A stretch of 64,000 nt of DNA from an uncultured bacterium (GTDB lineage Bacteria > Fermentibacterota > Fermentibacteria > Fermentibacterales > JCC-6): contig CAYREX010000002.1 in the NCBI GenBank assembly GCA_964423505.1, positions 24,188 through 88,187 on the forward strand. Reading direction: 5' to 3'. Positions 7,635 through 17,423 of this stretch are shown one piece after another; within the stretch, counting starts at the first letter, position 1; the number at the start of each line of letters is the position of its first letter. The notes under the pieces were generated by a model, which was not told where the DNA came from, did no database searches, and saw nothing but the letters and a program-made list of their open reading frames with translations. The position numbers and the translations under genes were made by a program.

Positions 7635-9415
7635 TCCAGTCCCTCCATGTCCTTGGAGAGCGCCCCGACCGGGCATACCTGCACGCAGAGGTTGCAGTTG
7701 GGCCAGCAGAGCAGCCTGCTTATCACCGGTCGGTCGTCCTTCCAGCTTATGGCCGGGCAGCCGAGCTTCATGCACTGGCGGCACGAGATGCACGCGTCCG
7801 GGTCCAGCGTCGCCACGGAGCGGCGGGACGGCCGCGTGGCCATGATGCACGGCCTCCTGGTGATTATCACCGAGAGCTCGTCCCTGGCCATCTCCTCCTC
7901 GAAGGCCGCCTTCATCTCCTTCAGGTCGTGCGGGTCGACCACCCTGACGTGCGGCACCCCGCAGGAGCGGCAGATCCCCTCGAGATCCAGGACAGGCGCC
8001 GGCTCGCCGCTGAGGGTTCGGCCGGTGGTCGGGTTCTCCTGTCCCCCGGTCATGGCCGTCAGGCTGTTGTCCATTATCATGACCGTGCCCGTACAGCCGT
8101 TGTAGACCATGTCTATGAGGCCCGTTATGCCGGAGTGCACGAAGGTGGACTCTCCTATGGCGGCCACGAGCTTCCCGTAGCCCTCCCTGCCCACGGCCTT
8201 CTCCAGCCCGCCGAGGACGCCTATGGCGGCTCCCATGCAGACGCAGGTCTCGAGCGCGTTGTAGGGCGGCATCAGGCCCAGGGTGTAGCACCCGATGTCG
8301 CCGGTGGAGCTGCCCCCCAGCCTGCTCAGGGTGTAGAAGGCGCCCCTGTGGGGGCAGCCGGGGCACATGGCCGGCGGCCTGGCCGGCAGCTCCACCGGCT
8401 CCCAGGTCACCGCCCTCGTGGTGCCCTTGCACAGCGCCGCGCGGACAAGCTGCGGGTTCAGCTCCCCCTCCGTCGGTATGACGTCCTTGCCGTGTCCGTC
8501 GACGAGGAACCGGGCCCTTGTCCTCTCCTCGAGGTAGGGCTCGCCCTCCTCGACGAAGACTACCTCGTCCACCATGCCAATGAATCGCTCTATGAGGTTC
8601 CAGGGCAACGGGTTGCTCATCCCTATCTTCAGGACGTGCGCCCGGGGGTGGACCTCCTTCACGTACTGGTAGGAGATACCGCTGGTTATCACCCCGACGG
8701 GGCCCTCCCCCTCCTCGATGCGGTTCAGGGGGCTCTCCGAGCCCCAGGCCTCCAGGTCGCGGAGGCGCCTGTTCACCCTGGGGTGCATCTTCCGGGCGTT
8801 TATCGGTATGGGCACGCGCTTGGCTATGTCGGCCTCGTAGCCCTTGACCGGGACCTCCCTGCGGGGCCCGACATTCACGATGCTCTTGGAGTGGCAGATC
8901 CTCGTGGTCATCCTGAGCAGGACGGGAGTGTCGAAGTCCTCCGATATCCTCATACCCTCGATGACCATGTCCCGGCACTCCTGGCTGTCAGAGGGCTCCA
9001 GCACAACAACCTTGGCGGCCCTGCCCATCAGCCGGTTGTCCTGCTCGTTCTGGGAGGAGTGCATCCCCGGGTCGTCCGCCGAGACTATGACCACCCCGCC
9101 GGTCGTGCCGATGTAGCTCAGCGTGAACAGCGGGTCCGCCGCCACGTTGAGCCCGACGTGCTTCATGGCGGCCAGGCACCTGGCCCCCCCGAAGGAGGCG
9201 CCGGCCACAACCTCCAGGGCGACCTTCTCGTTCGGCGCCCACTGGGAATCTATGTCCGGGTACTCCTCGCCTATGGCCTCCAGGATCTCGGTGGAGGGCG
9301 TCCCCGGGTAGGCAGATGCGAAGTGCACGCCGGCCTCCCAGGCCCCCCTGGCCACCGCCTCGTTCCCGGAAAGGAGGAGCTCTCCCTCCGTGACCGCGTC
9401 CAGCCTGTTCGTCAT
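7631..9415 (-). CDS. iorA: indolepyruvate ferredoxin oxidoreductase subunit alpha (TPP-binding, 2x[4Fe-4S])
   Basis: MTNRLDAVTEGELLLSGNEAVARGAWEAGVHFASAYPGTPSTEILE...; C-terminal ferredoxin Cys motifs (CISCRQCMKLGCP, CNLCVQVCPVGA). ATG at 9415. Confidence 0.85.
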   Translation of the reverse strand: MTNRLDAVTEGELLLSGNEAVARGAWEAGVHFASAYPGTPSTEILEAIGEEYPDIDSQWAPNEKVALEVVAGASFGGARCLAAMKHVGLNVAADPLFTLSYIGTTGGVVIVSADDPGMHSSQNEQDNRLMGRAAKVVVLEPSDSQECRDMVIEGMRISEDFDTPVLLRMTTRICHSKSIVNVGPRREVPVKGYEADIAKRVPIPINARKMHPRVNRRLRDLEAWGSESPLNRIEEGEGPVGVITSGISYQYVKEVHPRAHVLKIGMSNPLPWNLIERFIGMVDEVVFVEEGEPYLEERTRARFLVDGHGKDVIPTEGELNPQLVRAALCKGTTRAVTWEPVELPARPPAMCPGCPHRGAFYTLSRLGGSSTGDIGCYTLGLMPPYNALETCVCMGAAIGVLGGLEKAVGREGYGKLVAAIGESTFVHSGITGLIDMVYNGCTGTVMIMDNSLTAMTGGQENPTTGRTLSGEPAPVLDLEGICRSCGVPHVRVVDPHDLKEMKAAFEEEMARDELSVIITRRPCIMATRPSRRSVATLDPDACISCRQCMKLGCPAISWKDDRPVISRLLCWPNCNLCVQVCPVGALSKDMEGLE

Positions 9416-9456
9416 CCGATCACTGTCCTCTCCTGAGGTCTCGACCGCGGACCGGT

Positions 9457-10539
9457 CTACTCGTAGACACGTTCCGGCTCCACGCCGTCGAGCACGCGGA
9501 GGACGCCCCTGACGAGCGCCTCCATCTCCTGCTCGCCCGGGAAGACCAGTATCTCCCCGAGGAAGGATATCCTCTCGCTCAAGGTCGCCACCATCCAGTC
9601 GTTGTGGGCTATGCCGCCGGTTATCACCAGGGCGTCCACGTCTCCCTTCAGGGTGGTGGCCATGGCCCCCGCCTCCTTGGCTATCTGGTAGGCCATACCC
9701 CGCAGGGCGAGGTCGCATTCGTCCTCCCCATTCTCAGCCCTCTCCCTGGCCTGCCCCACGTGGTCGGTCCCGGTATATGCCACCAGGCCGCCCCGCTTGA
9801 GCAGCATGCCCTTCAGCTCCCTCCATGCGTAGTCCCCGGAGGCGCACAGCCGGGCCAGCCCGGTGGTCGGGAGCGCCCCCGTCCTGGTGGGGCTGAATGG
9901 TCCGCCGTCGTTGGCATGGCTCGTGTCTATCATCCTGCCGCGGCGCAACGGGTTGACGGAGATGCCGCTGCCGAGGTGGAGGACGACCAGGTTCAGCTCG
10001 GAGAGGCTCCTGCCCAGCCTCTCCGCGGCCTTGTAGGCCACCATCCTGATGTTCAGCGCGTGGCTCAGGCTCACCCTGGGCAGCTCCGGGAGGCCGGAGA
10101 GCCTTGCCTCGGGCACCATCTCGTCCACGCATACGGGGTCCACGATGTATGCGGGGAGCCCCGCCTCCTCCGCTATGTCCCAGGCAATGAGGGCACCCAG
10201 GTTGGAGGGGTGGTCCGCCTGCAGGGTGGAGCCGTCGTGTATGTCCTCCACGAGCTTCCCGTTGACCCTGTAGGTCCCGCTGGAGAGAGGCTTGAAGGCT
10301 CCTCCCCTGCCGACGACCGCGGTGAGCTCCGCGAGGGGCACACCGTGTCGGGCCAGCTCCTCGAGGACCAGGTCCCTCCGGTAGCCGTGCTGGTCGAAGG
10401 TGGTTTCGAAGCGGGCCAGCTCACCGGTGTCGTGCCTTATGCTCTCCTCGAAGACCGGCTCGTCCTCGCGGTAGAGCGCCGACTTCGTGGAGGTCCCGCC
10501 GGGGTTCACCGCCAGGATGAGCCTTCCCTCACCGCCCAT
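9457..10539 (-). CDS. buk: butyrate kinase (acetate/butyrate kinase family)
   Basis: N-terminus ILAVNPGGTSTK and overall ASKHA-fold similarity. Overlaps the ptb 3' end by 11 nt. Confidence 0.85.
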   Translation of the reverse strand: MGGEGRLILAVNPGGTSTKSALYREDEPVFEESIRHDTGELARFETTFDQHGYRRDLVLEELARHGVPLAELTAVVGRGGAFKPLSSGTYRVNGKLVEDIHDGSTLQADHPSNLGALIAWDIAEEAGLPAYIVDPVCVDEMVPEARLSGLPELPRVSLSHALNIRMVAYKAAERLGRSLSELNLVVLHLGSGISVNPLRRGRMIDTSHANDGGPFSPTRTGALPTTGLARLCASGDYAWRELKGMLLKRGGLVAYTGTDHVGQARERAENGEDECDLALRGMAYQIAKEAGAMATTLKGDVDALVITGGIAHNDWMVATLSERISFLGEILVFPGEQEMEALVRGVLRVLDGVEPERVYE

Positions 10540-11488
10540 TCCCGGCCTCCGCCACCACGACGCCCAGGGCCAGCGAGTTCAGCTTGCCCACCGCCTTGTC
10601 GGAGCGGGAGAGCATCACCACCGGAGCGGCCGCGCCGGCTATCAGCCCTCCGACCTGCGCGTCCGTCATGTACATGAAGGCTTTGGCGAAGATGTTCCCG
10701 GCGGCTATGTCCGGCGCGATGAGGACGTCGGCCCTGCCGGCGACCGGCCCGGCCATCCGCTTTATCTCCGCCGCCTCGGGGTCCATGGCCCCGTCAACGG
10801 CCATCGGCCCGTCCACCAGCACCCCCTCCACTCCCCTGCGGGCCGCATCGGCGAAGAGGAGGGTCTCCGGCATCTTCTCGTTCTCGACCTCTATGGCGGC
10901 CAGGAGGGCCACCCGGGGCTCGGGCGTGCCGAGCGCGCGGACGACCCCGGCGGCGTTCTGGATTATCTGGGGCAGGGTCTCGGCGTCCGGCTTTATGTTC
11001 ATGCCGCCGTCGGAGATGGCCACCAGCCTGTCCTGACGGGGGACGTGCACCACCGCGACGTGGCTGAGGATGCGCCCGGTCCTGAGGCCCACCTCCTCGT
11101 CGAGCACCGCGCCGAGGAAGACCGATGTCTTCAGCAGACCCTTCATCAGGATTCCCGCCTCGCCGGAGCTGACCATCCGGACGGCCTCCCTTGCCGCCTC
11201 GTGCTGGTCATCGACGTCGAGGAGCTCTATGTCCGGAGGGAGCCGGAGGTCCAGCTCCTCGAGAGTCTCCTCCAAGCCGGCCCTCGGCCCGAGGATGACG
11301 GCCGAGGCGAGGCCCTCCTCCGCAGCGGTCGCCAGGGCCCGCACCGAGGCCGGGTCGTGTCCCATGGGGACCGCCACCCTGGCGCCGCTCACCCCCCGGG
11401 CCGCCTTCCTTATCTCCTCGAAGCTGTCGTACAAGCCGCACCTCCCGCCGTCTTCCGCACGAATGCCTCTTCCGGGTTCCCGGCTCAT
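10529..11488 (-). CDS. ptb: phosphate butyryltransferase / phosphotransacylase
   Basis: 319-aa product with the Pta/Ptb fold (…VPMGHDPASVRALATAAEEG…SHVAVVHVP…IAPDIAAGNIFAK). ATG at 11488. Confidence 0.8.
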   Translation of the reverse strand: MSREPGRGIRAEDGGRCGLYDSFEEIRKAARGVSGARVAVPMGHDPASVRALATAAEEGLASAVILGPRAGLEETLEELDLRLPPDIELLDVDDQHEAAREAVRMVSSGEAGILMKGLLKTSVFLGAVLDEEVGLRTGRILSHVAVVHVPRQDRLVAISDGGMNIKPDAETLPQIIQNAAGVVRALGTPEPRVALLAAIEVENEKMPETLLFADAARRGVEGVLVDGPMAVDGAMDPEAAEIKRMAGPVAGRADVLIAPDIAAGNIFAKAFMYMTDAQVGGLIAGAAAPVVMLSRSDKAVGKLNSLALGVVVAEAGNGR

Positions 11489-11563
11489 GGACCTCCCTGA
11501 GTCAGGTTTTGTATTATGTGACCCATCCGACCGGCCACCAAGGCCGCCTCCCCGGAGGGAGTC

Positions 11564-12286
11564 ATGGAGGGAGCGATGGGCGACACGCACGACGCCGCGG
11601 AGCTCTGGAAGCGCGCCGAGCTGCTCCTGTTCGACTTCGACGGCGTCCTGGCGGACAGCGAGCCGCTCTACAGGCGCTCCTGGAACGAGGCCCTCGAGCC
11701 CTGGGGACACGTCATCCCGGAGGAGGACTACTGGGAGCACTGGTCCTCGAGGGGCGAGGGGCTCGCCGGCGAGATAGCCAGGAAGGGGCTGGAGGGCATC
11801 GACGAAGGGCTGGCCGGCAGGAGGCAGTCGGAGGCGTACGCCAGGCTCTGCCGGGAGGGGCGGGTGCCCCTCTTCGAGGGGGCGGCGGTGCTGCTCCGCA
11901 GGCTCTCCGGCGGCTCGGAGCCGGGCTGCAGGCCCTTCTGTATCGCGTCGAACACCGACTCCGGACTGGTCAGGGTGGTCCTGGAGGCCGGCGGGGCGCC
12001 TGTCCCGCCGATAGTCGGAGGGGAGGGCCTGCCGCGGAAGCCGGCACCCGACATCTTCCTGGAGGCCGCCGGGAGGATGGGAGCGGACCCGCGGTCGACC
12101 CTGGTTCTGGAGGACTCCCTGAAGGGGGCCCTGGCCGCCGGTAAGGGCGGCTTCCGGTGCGTGCTCGTGAGAAACGGGCTGAACGGTGGGATGGACATCC
12201 CCTGCGAGGCAGAGGTAGATGGAACCGAAGGCATGCTTGGGGTCATGGACCTCCTGCAGGCCGGAGAAGGGAGGGCGGATGCTTGA
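11564..12286 (+). CDS. HAD-superfamily hydrolase, subfamily IA (beta-phosphoglucomutase-like phosphatase)
   Basis: LLFDFDGVLADSEP (motif I) and the ...GLPRKPAPDIFLEAAGRMG... motif. Confidence 0.65.
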   Translation: MEGAMGDTHDAAELWKRAELLLFDFDGVLADSEPLYRRSWNEALEPWGHVIPEEDYWEHWSSRGEGLAGEIARKGLEGIDEGLAGRRQSEAYARLCREGRVPLFEGAAVLLRRLSGGSEPGCRPFCIASNTDSGLVRVVLEAGGAPVPPIVGGEGLPRKPAPDIFLEAAGRMGADPRSTLVLEDSLKGALAAGKGGFRCVLVRNGLNGGMDIPCEAEVDGTEGMLGVMDLLQAGEGRADA

Positions 12287-12851
12287 GCTGCTTGGAAGGG
12301 ACCCGACCAGCTGGTCCTTCGTATTCCTGCTGGTAGGGCTGCTGTTCTGCTTCATGGGCCGGAAGATAATGCCGGTCCTGCTGGTGCTCATCGGCTTCGG
12401 AATAGGCTACACCTGGGGGTCGGTACCGCTGTCGGACCTCTTCGGCGCGGAGGCGTGGGTGCCCTGGGTTGCCGGTGCGCTCTGCGCGGTGCTGGCAGTG
12501 GTGCTGTGGAAGCTCTCCGTATTCTTCGCCGGTTCGGTCATCGGGCTCTACCTCTCCCGGTCGGTCTTCCCGGAGCTCGCGGACCTCGCGCACGCCGCCA
12601 TCGCACTCGGCTTCGGCGTGCTGGTGGCCCTCTTCCGCAAGCCCATCATCTGCTTCTTCACCGCCCTGGCCGGCGCTCACACGATAGGGCTGTCGCTGGC
12701 CACGCTGGCCGGCTCCCTGGGGCTCATCGAAACCGTCGGGCTCGTGGCCGAGCAGTCCGCCGGCAACCTGCCCAACATCATCAGGTGGACTGCCACGGCG
12801 CTGTTCACGATCCTCGGTTACCTCTTCCAGATGAGGAAGCTGGAGGACTGA
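12279..12851 (+). CDS. integral membrane protein, hypothetical (5-6 TM helices)
   Basis: ATG 12279 after a [16 protein letters not shown]. Strongly hydrophobic throughout. Confidence 0.5.
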   Translation: MLELLGRDPTSWSFVFLLVGLLFCFMGRKIMPVLLVLIGFGIGYTWGSVPLSDLFGAEAWVPWVAGALCAVLAVVLWKLSVFFAGSVIGLYLSRSVFPELADLAHAAIALGFGVLVALFRKPIICFFTALAGAHTIGLSLATLAGSLGLIETVGLVAEQSAGNLPNIIRWTATALFTILGYLFQMRKLED

Positions 12852-12925
12852 CCCGAGCTGTACCCGGGCGGGGACGCCCGGTATATTACGCGCCGCCGCG
12901 TCCCCGCCCCCAACCTGGAGGAACC

Positions 12926-13456
12926 TTGCAGTCCAGACTGGTAGACTACGCCCTGGTAGCCCTCGTCATAGTGGTGATAGTGGGGCTGTTCCGGCTCTCG
13001 CGCTACCTGCTCAACACGCTGCTCGACAGGATATCGGAGAGGGATGGCGGCCTCACCGCCGACCGGGTGCTCAGGCTGGGGCTGCGCGTGCTCCTGGTCG
13101 GGCTTCTCGGTCTGCCCTTCGTTACGTCGCTCCTCGCCTTCGCGGACCCGCTCAGGCTGCCCGGGGGCATGCCGCTCCACCTCGCAATGGTGGCGGTGAG
13201 CGTGGTGCTCTTCAGCATCGCCGAGGACAGCTTCAGGATATTCAGGGGTTATCCCAGGGACGAGAGGTGGACCGTAGGCAGGCACATGGCGGCCGCCGCC
13301 CCCTTCCTCGTCGGTTTCTGGCTCGTCGGCTGTCTCTTCCTCAGCCCGCTCTTCTACTCGGGGCTGACCGTCATAATCGCCCTCTTCTACCTCTTCGCCC
13401 TCTCATGCAGGCCCGGGCCCTCCGAGACCGGGATGGAGGAAGACCCTGCCGACTGA
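12926..13456 (+). CDS. integral membrane protein, hypothetical
   Basis: Hydrophobic ORF in the frame of track ORF 12455. TTG 12926 is the first plausible start after the upstream stop; the start is uncertain. Confidence 0.4.
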   Translation: MQSRLVDYALVALVIVVIVGLFRLSRYLLNTLLDRISERDGGLTADRVLRLGLRVLLVGLLGLPFVTSLLAFADPLRLPGGMPLHLAMVAVSVVLFSIAEDSFRIFRGYPRDERWTVGRHMAAAAPFLVGFWLVGCLFLSPLFYSGLTVIIALFYLFALSCRPGPSETGMEEDPAD

Positions 13457-13469
13457 CCGTCCGGTCAAG

Positions 13470-16265
13470 GTGCTCCATGTGATAACGAAGCTCGCCGTAG
13501 GCGGCGCTCAGCTTAACACCCTCATCTCCACCCGCGACATAGACGCCATGGGCTGCCCCTCGACAATACTGACCGGCCCAGAGCGGCCGCCCGAGGGCGA
13601 CCTCTACCGCCTGGCGGACGAATGGGGGCTGCGGGTCCTCACCGCCCGCCACCTGACCCGGAACATCGCGCCGGTGCGGGACCTGCTCGCCTTCTTCGAG
13701 ATACGCCGGGAGATAACCAGGGGCGGCTACGACGTGGTACACACCCACGGCTCCAAGGCCAGGTTCCTCGGCAGGCTGGCCGCGGCCACATGTCACGGCG
13801 TGAAGATAGTACAGACCGCCCACGGGTGGCCCTTCTACGACTCGATGAACCCCTTCCTCCAGTGGCTCTACGTGACCCTGGAGAAGATCGGCTTCGGTCT
13901 GGCCCACGCCAACATCGCGGTCAGCCCGATGGACCGGGACAAGGCCATGCGGCACGGCATCGGCCGTTACGACGACTACAGGATAATCCGCAGCGGGGTG
14001 GAGCTGGAGGGGTTCCGGGCGCTCAGGGGCTCCCGCTCCCGCTCCCGGAGGCTCCTGGACATCCCGGAGGACCGGGAGGTGGTCGGCTCGGTGATGCGGT
14101 TCTGCCCGGAGAAGGCGCCGGACCTGTTCGTGAAGGTGGCCGAGAGGGTCCTGGCGGAGCGTCCCGGCGTCCTTTTCCTCCTGGTCGGGGACGGGCCGCT
14201 CTGGCGGCAGACCCGCCACCTGATACGCGCCCGGGGCCTGAAGGAGGACATCGTCCTCCTCGGAAGCAGGGACGACGTAAGGGACATACTGCCCGCCTTC
14301 GACCTCTTCCTCATCACCTCCCGCACCGAGGGCCTCCCCAGGGCGCTGCTCGAGACCCTCGCCGCCGGCGTGCCGGTTGTCGCCACCGACGTCGGCGGGA
14401 TACCGGAGCTGGTCGGCGGCGGCAGGAACGGCATCCTCTGCCCGGAGGGCGATGTCAGGTGCCTGACCGGGGGCGTCCTCCGGCTGCTCGCCGAGCCGGA
14501 GAGGAGGCCTGCCCTCACGGTAGGCGCCGACGAGGACCTCGAGCCTTTCTCGGCCCGCCGGATGGTGGAGCAGCTCCACGAGCTCTACGACAGGATGGTG
14601 TACCCGCCCATGCACGTGGTGCTCCTCTGCGACGACGAGCCCTTCAACATACCGCAGACGGTGACAAGGATAATCCGGAACAGGCCCTTCCTCCGATACA
14701 CGCTGGTCTCCCTGGCCGGCCACGGGTCCATGCGGCATACCGGCACCAACATCAGGCGGTACATGGCCCTCTACGGCCCGCTGGGGTTCGTCCGGAAGCT
14801 TGCCGGCTACGCTCTCCGCAGGGCCGCTGCCGCGCTCAGGCTGCCCACGCGCACCCCGCACTCGCTCAGGAGGGCGGCCAGGCTGACCGGCGCGGGCTTC
14901 GAGCGCATCGAACGACTGAACTCGAAGGCCGGCCTCGAGCGGCTGCGTCAGCTCTCTCCGGACGTCATCATCTCCATAGCCTGCCCGCAGATACTGAAGA
15001 AGAGGGTCCTCGAGCTCCCTCCTCTCGGCGCCTGGAACGTCCATTCCGCCATGCTCCCCAGGAACCGCGGCATGCTGCCCACCTTCTGGGCGCTCCTGAA
15101 GGGCGACAGACCGGGGGTATCCCTCCACAGGATGACGCGGAGGCTTGACGACGGGGAGATTCTCCTCCAGCGGGAGGTGGATGCCGACATGGAGACGGTC
15201 TCCCTCGAGGACCTCCTCTCCGGGACGAAGGAGCTGGCCTCGGAGCTGGTGGTGGAGGGGCTGGACAGGATAGAGCGGGGCGAGGTCGAGCTGCTCCCCA
15301 ACCCGGCCGAGGAGGCAACCTCCAACACCTTCCCGACCAGGGAAGACGTGAGGGTCTTCCTGGACAGGGGAGGGCAGATATCCGGGACCAGGCACCCGAG
15401 GCCGAAGCTGGCCCTCTCCTTCGACGTGGAGGAGTGGTTCCACACCTCCGCCGCCAGGAGGTGGTTCCCGCCGGAGCAGTGGGACGGAATCGAGCCCAGG
15501 GTCCCGGTGGTGATGGACAGCATACTGGAGCTGCTCGAGAGGCAGAGGGCCAGGGCCACCTTCTTCGTCCTCGGGTGGATACTGGAGCGCCACCCGGACC
15601 TGGTCCGACGCATAAGCGACTGCGGTCACGAGATAGCCTCCCACGGCTACAGCCACGTTGAGATAACGCAGCTGAGCAGGGAGCAGTTCGAGAGCGACCT
15701 GGACAGGTTCCGGAGGCTGGTGGACAGGCTCTCCATACCTCCGCCCAGGGGCTTCCGCGCACCGAGCTTCTCGATGGTCTCCGAGACGAAGTGGGCCGTG
15801 GACGCCATAGTCTCGAACGGTTACAGCTACGACAGCAGCGTCTACCCCATGTTCAAGCACCGCTACGGTATGCCAGACGCCCCGCAGGAGCCCTTCATGC
15901 TGCAGGGCGGCCGCTCGTCAATACTCGAACTCCCCCTGGCGTCCATCTCGATGATGGGGGTCAAGGTCCCGGTGGCCGGTGGCGCCTACATGAGGTTCTA
16001 CCCCGGCATCCTCCACAGGAAGTTCCTGGCCGACATAGCGAAAACCGGAAGAGTTCCTGTAATTTATCTGCATCCATGGGAGATAGATTCGGTAAATATG
16101 TCGAGCAGGATGAACATGCTCCAGAGGTTCAGGCAGCACCACAACTCCGGGAGGACCATGGTTCGGAGGCTCGGCAGGATACTCAGGGTCTACAGGACCA
16201 TCACCCTCTCGGAGCTTGCGGAGGACGTGGAGAGGGGCGAGCTGCAGGAGCTCTCGGTCCTGTAG
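13470..16265 (+). CDS. trifunctional fusion: GT4 glycosyltransferase + formyltransferase (Fmt/ArnA-N-like) + NodB-type polysaccharide deacetylase (PEP-CTERM-locus subfamily-like)
   Basis: One uninterrupted 931-aa ORF. Residues 1-370 carry GT4 motifs (ITSRTEGLPRALLETLAAGVPVVATDVGGIPELV). Residues 375-620 are formyl-transferase-like (WNVHSAMLPRNRGMLPTFWALLKGD). Residues 625-931 are NodB-like (LSFDVEEWFHTS...HGYSHVEIT...YLHPWE). Confidence 0.7.
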   Translation: MLHVITKLAVGGAQLNTLISTRDIDAMGCPSTILTGPERPPEGDLYRLADEWGLRVLTARHLTRNIAPVRDLLAFFEIRREITRGGYDVVHTHGSKARFLGRLAAATCHGVKIVQTAHGWPFYDSMNPFLQWLYVTLEKIGFGLAHANIAVSPMDRDKAMRHGIGRYDDYRIIRSGVELEGFRALRGSRSRSRRLLDIPEDREVVGSVMRFCPEKAPDLFVKVAERVLAERPGVLFLLVGDGPLWRQTRHLIRARGLKEDIVLLGSRDDVRDILPAFDLFLITSRTEGLPRALLETLAAGVPVVATDVGGIPELVGGGRNGILCPEGDVRCLTGGVLRLLAEPERRPALTVGADEDLEPFSARRMVEQLHELYDRMVYPPMHVVLLCDDEPFNIPQTVTRIIRNRPFLRYTLVSLAGHGSMRHTGTNIRRYMALYGPLGFVRKLAGYALRRAAAALRLPTRTPHSLRRAARLTGAGFERIERLNSKAGLERLRQLSPDVIISIACPQILKKRVLELPPLGAWNVHSAMLPRNRGMLPTFWALLKGDRPGVSLHRMTRRLDDGEILLQREVDADMETVSLEDLLSGTKELASELVVEGLDRIERGEVELLPNPAEEATSNTFPTREDVRVFLDRGGQISGTRHPRPKLALSFDVEEWFHTSAARRWFPPEQWDGIEPRVPVVMDSILELLERQRARATFFVLGWILERHPDLVRRISDCGHEIASHGYSHVEITQLSREQFESDLDRFRRLVDRLSIPPPRGFRAPSFSMVSETKWAVDAIVSNGYSYDSSVYPMFKHRYGMPDAPQEPFMLQGGRSSILELPLASISMMGVKVPVAGGAYMRFYPGILHRKFLADIAKTGRVPVIYLHPWEIDSVNMSSRMNMLQRFRQHHNSGRTMVRRLGRILRVYRTITLSELAEDVERGELQELSVL

Positions 16266-16286
16266 CGCCCCGCACTGGACAGGGAA

Positions 16287-16316
16287 GGGGTCCGGGCTCG
16301 CTCGAGCCCGGACCCC
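16287..16316. terminator. bidirectional hairpin between convergent genes
   Basis: Palindrome GGGTCCGGGCTCG-CT-CGAGCCCGGACCC followed by a CTTCTCTCTCC tract, between the fusion gene stop and the ferredoxin stop. Confidence 0.45.
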
Positions 16317-16336
16317 GGCTTCTCTCTCCGCTGCGT

Positions 16337-16504
16337 CTAGGGAGCCTCGATGGCCCCTACGGGACAGGCGGCTACGCAGGCGCCGCAGTCGATGCAGGTA
16401 TCCGCATCGATGGAGTACTTCTCGCCCTCGCTTATGGCGTCCACGGGGCACTCGGGCATGCAGGCGCCACAGGCGATGCAGTCGTCGTTTATCTTGTGAG
16501 CCAT
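16337..16504 (-). CDS. fdx: 2x[4Fe-4S] ferredoxin
   Basis: MAHKINDDCIACGACMPECPVDAI...CIDCGACVAACPVGAI. ATG 16504 preceded by AAAGGAGAG. Confidence 0.8.
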   Translation of the reverse strand: MAHKINDDCIACGACMPECPVDAISEGEKYSIDADTCIDCGACVAACPVGAIEAP

Positions 16505-16553
16505 ACGCTCTCCTTTCATGGGGCAGGAACTATGTCAACGCCTGATCCGGGGG

Positions 16554-17423
16554 TCAACTTCCCCTTCCACTCCCGCCGATTATCTCCAGTATCCTGTCCA
16601 GCTCCCGGAGGTCGTGGAAGGATATCTCTATCCTGCCGGAACCACTGCGGGAGACCACCCTCACCCTTGTGCCCAGGTGTCTCTGCAGCCGCTCCTCGAG
16701 GCTCTTCACCTCGGCGGTGGATTCGCCGGTGCCTGTCCTCGGCCTGCGCACCGGACCGGAGGTCTCGCTCCTGACCAGCTCCTCCACCTTCCTCACGGAG
16801 AGGCCGCGGCGGGCCGCCCGGAGGGCCAGACGCTCCATCCTCTCCCCGTCTTCCATGGCCAGCAGAGCCCTGCCGTGCCCCATCTGAAGCCTCCCCTCCC
16901 GCAGCAGGTGCTGCACCTTCTCCGGGAGATCGAGCAGACGGATGAAGTTGGCGACGGCGGATCGGCTCATCCCCATCCTCGAGGCTATCGCCTCCTGGGA
17001 GAGACCGAACCTCTCCCTCAGGGAATGGAAGGCCTCGGCCTTCTCCATCGGCCCGAGGTCCCTTCGCTGGAGGTTCTCGACGAGTGCCATGGCGAGCATC
17101 TGCTCGTCGTCGGCGTCTCGTACGACGGCCGGGACCTCCCTCAGCCCGACCTCGCGTGCGGCCCTGAGCCTCCGCTCTCCGGCTATCAGCTGGAACCGGT
17201 CACCACTCCTCCTGAGAACCAGCGGCTGCACGATGCCCTGCTCCCTCACCGACGCAGCCAGCGCCGATATCTCCACCGGGTCCCACTCCCTCCTCGGCTG
17301 GAAGGGGTTGGGGTCGATGAGCTCTACCGGGACGCTGCCCTTCTCGGTCCCGTCATCGCTCCCGACGCCGGGGAAGAGCTCGTCCAGGCCACGGCCCAGC
17401 GCCTTCCTCCTCCTGCCGCTCAT
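16554..17423 (-). CDS. parB: chromosome partitioning protein ParB (Spo0J)
   Basis: [11 protein letters not shown], the [13 protein letters not shown] box, and an HTH region. ATG 17423 overlaps the parA stop (ATGA). Confidence 0.9.
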   Translation of the reverse strand: MSGRRRKALGRGLDELFPGVGSDDGTEKGSVPVELIDPNPFQPRREWDPVEISALAASVREQGIVQPLVLRRSGDRFQLIAGERRLRAAREVGLREVPAVVRDADDEQMLAMALVENLQRRDLGPMEKAEAFHSLRERFGLSQEAIASRMGMSRSAVANFIRLLDLPEKVQHLLREGRLQMGHGRALLAMEDGERMERLALRAARRGLSVRKVEELVRSETSGPVRRPRTGTGESTAEVKSLEERLQRHLGTRVRVVSRSGSGRIEISFHDLRELDRILEIIGGSGRGS

